From NCBI GenBank assembly GCA_047947115.1, contig CP170459.1, positions 5,280,001-5,344,000 on the forward strand: a DNA stretch of 64,000 bases, given 5' to 3'. A program made the translations under genes and the position numbers. The stretch is from Verrucomicrobiota bacterium (GTDB lineage Bacteria; Verrucomicrobiota; Verrucomicrobiia; Limisphaerales; AAA164-E04). This document shows positions 58,679-64,000 of the stretch, in pieces. The notes beneath the pieces were generated by a model. The model saw only the letters and a program-made list of their open reading frames with translations. It ran no database searches and had not been told where the DNA came from. Each line of letters starts with the position of its first letter. Positions within the stretch are counted from its first letter, which is position 1.

Positions 58679-59667
58679 CCATCCACCGCTTGGTATTGTT
58701 GATAACGGTGACGGATCCTGGCCCGAATCAGAATGGTCATGAGATTCAGCCCCAGTGTTAAGGCCAACAGGACGAGCACCGTGGCGTAAGCTACGGGAGT
58801 TGTGTTCTCAACGTCAGGCGATTGTGTGGCAAGAATGTAAATATGATAACCGAGGTCCATGAACTCATCATTCAGTTTCCAGGGATAAGCCGCGGTATAA
58901 TAAGCCGCCCCCGTGAACAACAAAGGAGCCACCTCCCCCGCCGCCCGGCCAATGGCCAGAATGGCTCCGGTTAAAATCCCGGGCATGGCCTGAGGCAACA
59001 GGACCTTGAACAAGGTTTGCAATCGACTCGCTCCCAGCGCGTAGCTCGCGTAACGCAATCCATCCGGCAAAGATTTCAATGCTTCTTCAGTCGTCACAAT
59101 GACCACGGGCAGCGTCATGATCGCCAGGGTCATGGACGCCCACAGGATAGCAGGTTTCCCCCAAACCGGTTCAGGGTTGTTGGGCGAGAATGCCTCATCC
59201 AGTCCAACTCCCATAAACTTGATGAAAAAACCCCATCCGAACAAACCAAAGATAATGGAAGGAACACCCGCCAGATTATTGACCGCGCTATGAATCATGC
59301 GGGTCAACAAAGACTGGGGATTGGCATATTCGGTCAGGTACAAAGCAGTGATCACTCCTACAGGCATCACCACTAGGGTCATGAGAAACACCTTGAATAC
59401 CGTACCGATCATCATGGGAAGCAAACCCAATTGCCCGGATTCGAAGGAATCGGTCCCGATACCCGAAAAAAGAAAGTTCCAGGATAACGCGCTCCAGCCA
59501 TGGTAGACAATATCCGCCAGAACAGTCAGCAGAATCGCAATCACAAAAAACGTGGCAAGTCCGGTGACCAGGGTCATTCCTCGCGAAACCAGATGCAGTT
59601 GCCGTGCCTGTCGGTTACTTGAAGATGTGCCCCATTGGGTGTTGAACTGCGGGCTTGAAACACTCAT
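58675..59667 (-). CDS. pstA: Phosphate ABC transporter permease PstA
   Basis: [39 protein letters not shown] overlaps at both ends. Confidence 0.95.
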   Translation of the reverse strand: MSVSSPQFNTQWGTSSSNRQARQLHLVSRGMTLVTGLATFFVIAILLTVLADIVYHGWSALSWNFLFSGIGTDSFESGQLGLLPMMIGTVFKVFLMTLVVMPVGVITALYLTEYANPQSLLTRMIHSAVNNLAGVPSIIFGLFGWGFFIKFMGVGLDEAFSPNNPEPVWGKPAILWASMTLAIMTLPVVIVTTEEALKSLPDGLRYASYALGASRLQTLFKVLLPQAMPGILTGAILAIGRAAGEVAPLLFTGAAYYTAAYPWKLNDEFMDLGYHIYILATQSPDVENTTPVAYATVLVLLALTLGLNLMTILIRARIRHRYQQYQAVDG

Positions 59668-60836
59668 CCCGCAGCCTCCATTTTGTGTTTCAACCTCTGG
59701 ATCACCACTCCGGCAATCCAGTTGGAACAAAAAGTGATCACAAACAGCATCACTCCGAGCATGAACAAAATGCGATAATGCGGATCTCCAAAAACGGTTT
59801 CGGCCATTTCAGCAGCAATGGTCGCCGTCATGGTTCTTGTGGAATCACCTAGGTTCCAGGACACGATGCTGGCATTGCCGCTGGCCATCAGCACGATCAT
59901 GGTTTCACCAATCGCCCGCCCGAAGCCAAGAACGATCGCCGCCACAATGCCGGGAAAGGCGGCGGGAATGACGACTTTCCAAGCAGCAAACCAGGGACTG
60001 GAGCCCAGGGCCAAAGCCGATTCGGAATAATGACGTGGCACACTCGACAAGGCGTCTTCCGAAATGGAAAAGATAATTGGGATCACAGCCAATCCCAGCG
60101 CGATCCCTGCCACCGAGGCATTCAACTGCGTCTGAACGCCGAACACCCTGTCCAAAAACCCAGCCAGCACCATGAGGGCAAAAAAACCAAGCACCACGGA
60201 AGGAATCCCCGCCAGCAACTCAATGGATGGCTTGATCCATTCACGAAACCGGGACGGACACAACTGCGACACAAAAACAGCCGCCCCCAATGCCAAGGGA
60301 GTCGCAAACAAAAGCGCAACCAAAGTGGTTTTCAAACTGCCAATCAACAAGGGAATCAGGTTGAACTTGGGCACGGAAGAAACCGGCTGCCAGATATACC
60401 CCGGCTGCTCGTAACCGGTCCAATGATACGGAAAGATCATGTGCTCCCAACTGGCGGTATTGAGACCGGCCTGAGGATCGGTGGCCATATCCTGCGCAGC
60501 CTGGTATTTCACTTCCATCATCAAGCGCAATGCATCCTGATCCAGACGACGATATTGTTCATTCGTCAGTTCCAGATACTCTTTCACGTCGCCCGGATTC
60601 ATTCGCTCGAGTTGGTCGGGTGAGAGAATTTCACCGCCTTTGGAAGTATCCACATGTCCAAGAAAAACCGGAAGCGCTTCCTTCACCACAAACAGGAAAA
60701 TGAGAAAAATAAAGATGGTGGCCGATGAAGCAATTCCGGCCATGCCCAGCTCAAACAGTTTGTCCATACGATGACGTGATCCACCTTGTTGGATGGAGGT
60801 CCATGCGCCATTTGAATGTTGTATGGTTGAAGACAT
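59664..60836 (-). CDS. pstC: Phosphate ABC transporter permease PstC
   Basis: ELLAGIPSVVLG, SISEDAL..VP, GRAIGETM. Start taken at MSSTI. Confidence 0.95.
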   Translation of the reverse strand: MSSTIQHSNGAWTSIQQGGSRHRMDKLFELGMAGIASSATIFIFLIFLFVVKEALPVFLGHVDTSKGGEILSPDQLERMNPGDVKEYLELTNEQYRRLDQDALRLMMEVKYQAAQDMATDPQAGLNTASWEHMIFPYHWTGYEQPGYIWQPVSSVPKFNLIPLLIGSLKTTLVALLFATPLALGAAVFVSQLCPSRFREWIKPSIELLAGIPSVVLGFFALMVLAGFLDRVFGVQTQLNASVAGIALGLAVIPIIFSISEDALSSVPRHYSESALALGSSPWFAAWKVVIPAAFPGIVAAIVLGFGRAIGETMIVLMASGNASIVSWNLGDSTRTMTATIAAEMAETVFGDPHYRILFMLGVMLFVITFCSNWIAGVVIQRLKHKMEAAG

Positions 60837-60947
60837 ACGATGCGGATAACAAGAACCTCCTGCAGGTTCACCCTGAGAACACCACGCCAAAGCTCATTCC
60901 AAACACTTGTGGCAAAAACACCGTGCATCGAAAGGAAAACATGGAGC

Positions 60948-61886
60948 TTATTCCTGGTCTAAAATTTTCGAGCTCGCCAATTCGGCAGGCTCCAGACAAC
61001 AATCCTCCAAGTCGGAGATCTGCGCCGTCTCCGGTAGCGGAAAGTAGCCCGATCCCTCGGCAAGAGACTGAGCCACGGGGCTTCGGATCCATTTGAGATA
61101 ATCTCCCAGCATGCCTTTGTCCATTGCCGGATTCACGTAATGAAACAGGTGACGCCAAATGGGGTAATCTCCCTGTTGCACAGAGTTGGCGTTCGGTAAA
61201 ATAGCAGGACCATCGACGGTCGCCTTCAACGCAAGTGTCTTGACAACGGACCCGAAGACCGCTCCCCCGTAACCGATCCCCCCGGCGTCCTTTGCCACGG
61301 CCTGCATGACGGCAGACGTTCCGGGCATGGATAAGGTGGCTGGTGAAAAGTCCTCATGTTGCATAACCGATGATTTGAAAAACTCATAGGTGCCCGAACT
61401 GTTTTCCCGGCTGTAAAGCACGATGTCGAGGTCCATGCCCCCCACTTGCCGCCAGTTGGTAATACGCCCCGTATAAATATCCTTTAATGTCTTCAAATCC
61501 AGATCACGGATTGGGTTGTCCGGATGAACATAAACGGCGATGGCATCCAGGCACACCTTATATTCAGTGGGAGCCGCGGAAAAAGCCTTGATACAGGACA
61601 GGATTTCCTTGGATTTGATGGGACGGGAGGCGGCACAAAGATCCGTGGTATTGTTTTGAAGAGCAGCAAAACCGATCCCGGAACCGCCACCGGAAATTTG
61701 GAACGCTACGTCGGAATGGCGTTTGGAAAATTCATGCACCCACTTTTGAGTGAGGAGCAGCATGGTATCGGATCCTTTGATGGAAATGGAATCAGTCGTC
61801 GCAAAGGCAGCTTGTTTGTTTGTCAAAAACAACAACCAAACTACACAAAACCACCCCCATCTCCCATGTATGGACCTACTCAACAT
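60948..61886 (-). CDS. pstS: Phosphate ABC transporter substrate-binding protein PstS
   Basis: Signal peptide, IKGSDTM, GGGSGIG, ASR, SRENSSGTYEFF, GIGY, YPIWR.L. Confidence 0.94.
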   Translation of the reverse strand: MLSRSIHGRWGWFCVVWLLFLTNKQAAFATTDSISIKGSDTMLLLTQKWVHEFSKRHSDVAFQISGGGSGIGFAALQNNTTDLCAASRPIKSKEILSCIKAFSAAPTEYKVCLDAIAVYVHPDNPIRDLDLKTLKDIYTGRITNWRQVGGMDLDIVLYSRENSSGTYEFFKSSVMQHEDFSPATLSMPGTSAVMQAVAKDAGGIGYGGAVFGSVVKTLALKATVDGPAILPNANSVQQGDYPIWRHLFHYVNPAMDKGMLGDYLKWIRSPVAQSLAEGSGYFPLPETAQISDLEDCCLEPAELASSKILDQE

Positions 61887-61940
61887 TGGTTAAACTCGTG
61901 CAATCGAAGGGTGAGAATCCCAGACCAGCAAAGCGTTTTC

Positions 61941-61969
61941 GTGACGGAATTGTTACAGAACAGTTACAT
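61941..61969 (-). promoter_or_regulatory. Pho box (three units)
   Basis: Minus strand reads ATGTAAC-tgtt-CTGTAAC-aatt-CCGTCAC: 7-bp CTGTCAT-like units at 11-bp period, about 55 nt upstream of pstS. Confidence 0.75.
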
Positions 61970-63532
61970 CTGATCTTGGTCGGCATCTGAGGCAAATTGA
62001 ACAGAATCGCTTCCTTGCTGTTTCCTCAGCTCTTCTTTGCGGGCAGCGGAGGCTTGGTTTAATAGTTCCTCCTGCTGATCTGCCTTCCTTTTCATCAAAA
62101 ACCGGACATAAAGATTGATCGCCAACCCGACAAAAACTCCGATGATGCCCGCGATTGAAATCAATTTGGTCACAAACCCTGCTGCGGTTGCAGCGATCAA
62201 GGCAGAAAAAAACCAGCAAAAAACAACCCAGATCGTACGCCCCATTTTTAAAGCTGCATCTCCACGGGCGAAAATCTTATCAGCCCAACCTGTGGAGATA
62301 ACGGCTGCAAACGCCACATAAGTAGTGGAGACAGGCAACCCCATGCCAGAAGCGAAAGCGATGACGCTTCCTGTCACTGAAGTGATGACGGCAGCGCGCA
62401 ATGCATCATAATGTTGAAGTTTATTTTTCGATGTTTTTTTAGGAGTCGGAGCCAATGCCTGTTCCTGCCCCGATTTAGGGACCACCCATCGCGCCACAGC
62501 GATACACCATTGGGGTGCATACAATTTCACAAGGTCTCCTTGGCTTCCCGTATTGACTTCAGCACGTGTAACACGCTGAGCAGTCTTGCTGGACATCCCC
62601 ATGAACAGAAGCACCCCACAACCAAACAACCAATACCAGGCGACATTGACTTTCGACGCAATCGTACCGTGTTTCAAAATCATCATGATGGCCAATCCGG
62701 GAGAGGCGCAGTTGGCCAGGTCATTTTGACCAAAAGCAACAGCTGTCGCGATCATTCCCAAAACTGCCATGCCCCCGAACAAATTACGATGAATCCGTTG
62801 GCCAAGCACTTTCATGAGGAAGAACGTAAACAACGATAATGCCCCCCAAATGATAATGAGAGCCATGGGAGCCCCAAACTGGTCGAAGGTGTGGGACTTT
62901 ATCAGTTTCACCCAGGCGACATTTTTCATCCCCTTCATCACCAGAAAATAGACCAATCCGGTCATCAGTGCCCCGGCCATCCAGGGACCATGAAGTCCGA
63001 CCACCTTTGTATCTTCGCAGTCGTCCCTTACTACACCTCGGAACATACGTTGCACCAAGAACCCTGCAATACCGCTGACGATGATGGAGCAGATAATTCC
63101 AAGGATGACCTGACCACTTTTATCCCAGTGAATAGCTTCCATCCCCCCCATTGCCAGCCCCCCGCCAAGCAAGGCAAAAACCAGACAAGCGGTAGTGGAA
63201 ACGGGCATACCAAATGCCGAGAATGAAAATAGCAGCACTGTATTGGTGATATAAACAGCTATGTAAACATACATGGCCGACTGCAAATCTCCCAATGCCC
63301 CCGGATCAAAGATACCTTTTCGCGCCGTTTCCATCACAGGTGACGAAGCCATGGCGCCAATCACAACTGCAATCCCGGCAAGCCATACCGCTTTATTGCG
63401 GGGCATGACTCTGGCCCCAAACACCGCATTCACAATATTGGCGGCATCATTTCGCCCCACCTCTATAGTGTTCCAGATAAGCATGATCAGCGCTATCACG
63501 CCGATAACGTAATGAAATGCAGTTAATTCCAT
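61964..63532 (-). CDS. Inorganic phosphate transporter (PiT/PHO4 family)
   Basis: GRNDAAN and GQNDLAN signature repeats; GMPVSTT and GLPVSTT. Confidence 0.92.
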   Translation of the reverse strand: MELTAFHYVIGVIALIMLIWNTIEVGRNDAANIVNAVFGARVMPRNKAVWLAGIAVVIGAMASSPVMETARKGIFDPGALGDLQSAMYVYIAVYITNTVLLFSFSAFGMPVSTTACLVFALLGGGLAMGGMEAIHWDKSGQVILGIICSIIVSGIAGFLVQRMFRGVVRDDCEDTKVVGLHGPWMAGALMTGLVYFLVMKGMKNVAWVKLIKSHTFDQFGAPMALIIIWGALSLFTFFLMKVLGQRIHRNLFGGMAVLGMIATAVAFGQNDLANCASPGLAIMMILKHGTIASKVNVAWYWLFGCGVLLFMGMSSKTAQRVTRAEVNTGSQGDLVKLYAPQWCIAVARWVVPKSGQEQALAPTPKKTSKNKLQHYDALRAAVITSVTGSVIAFASGMGLPVSTTYVAFAAVISTGWADKIFARGDAALKMGRTIWVVFCWFFSALIAATAAGFVTKLISIAGIIGVFVGLAINLYVRFLMKRKADQQEELLNQASAARKEELRKQQGSDSVQFASDADQDQM

Positions 63533-63716
63533 AAATAATTTACGTCCAAATTCACAACACGAACGTGCTGCACTGGTTCAAAAAACACCCAAAGAAACCT
63601 AAAGATTGCCTTCAACACAAGGAAAAGGTCGAGGCTGATGAAAAGAATTCCAGACACAGTCACCTTCAACCATTGGCAAGGTGATTGTTGGAAGGTGGTT
63701 TTCATGAGGTTTTGGT

Positions 63717-64000
63717 TCAAAAATCGTAAGACAGGGACATTCCAAAGGATCGCCCTCGTTTATAGGAAGAATAGATATATTCTTGACCGTTATACTCTTG
63801 TGTAATGTCCACAGTCGGATCAAGCAGGTTCTTGGCAGAAAGTTTCAACTTCCAGTGATCGGTCAACTGCTGAGAAACAGTCATATCAAGAGTGCCCACA
63901 GGCCGTTCAAAGGCATTCGGACGAGCGGGAGAGCTGCTGCCAACAACTGCCAGGCGGGGACCAAAGACATTGTAAAACAAACTCACAATGGTGCCGCTGC
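63717..64000 (-). CDS. TonB-dependent receptor, C-terminal fragment
   Basis: LDMTVSQ..W.LKLSAKNLLD...GRSFGMSLSYDF, a typical TBDR C-terminus ending in Phe; the frame is open to the window edge. Confidence 0.85.
   Translation of the reverse strand, partial: SGTIVSLFYNVFGPRLAVVGSSSPARPNAFERPVGTLDMTVSQQLTDHWKLKLSAKNLLDPTVDITQEYNGQEYIYSSYKRGRSFGMSLSYDF

Overview
Gene-dense bacterial chromosomal window, very likely from a Verrucomicrobiota/PVC-group organism. The evidence is a PVC-type haem-binding CxxCH protein, a DUF1501 + DUF1549/1553 pair, a prepilin-like H-X9-DG protein and GTAG-type REPs. Housekeeping genes include recF, infA, rnc, mutL, a family-4 UDG, a transketolase and a LonC-like protease coupled to a USP. 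The right end carries a phosphate-acquisition cluster (TonB receptor 3' end, PiT, pstS-C-A-B, phoU) with a three-unit Pho box, and many secreted beta-propeller proteins and peptidases are spread across the window. Best candidates for undescribed biology: (i) an archaeosine-RaSEA-like radical SAM gene paired with a flavin-dependent halogenase-like gene (38.6-41.1 kb); (ii) a BlaI/BlaR1-type module with a non-penicillin-binding sensor, a perfect 15-bp inverted-repeat operator and a divergent RCC1/BLIP-II-like gene (41.7-46.6 kb); (iii) an AAA-14/DUF4143 gene with a 36-bp palindrome at its start; (iv) an AT-rich orphan pair with a CX14CX14CX14C motif; (v) a shared C-terminal motif on two unrelated secreted HExxH proteins; (vi) several distinct families of non-autonomous REP-like or short tandem repeats. 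No rRNA, tRNA, CRISPR array or transposase was recognised. All family calls come from motif recognition by eye, not database searches.
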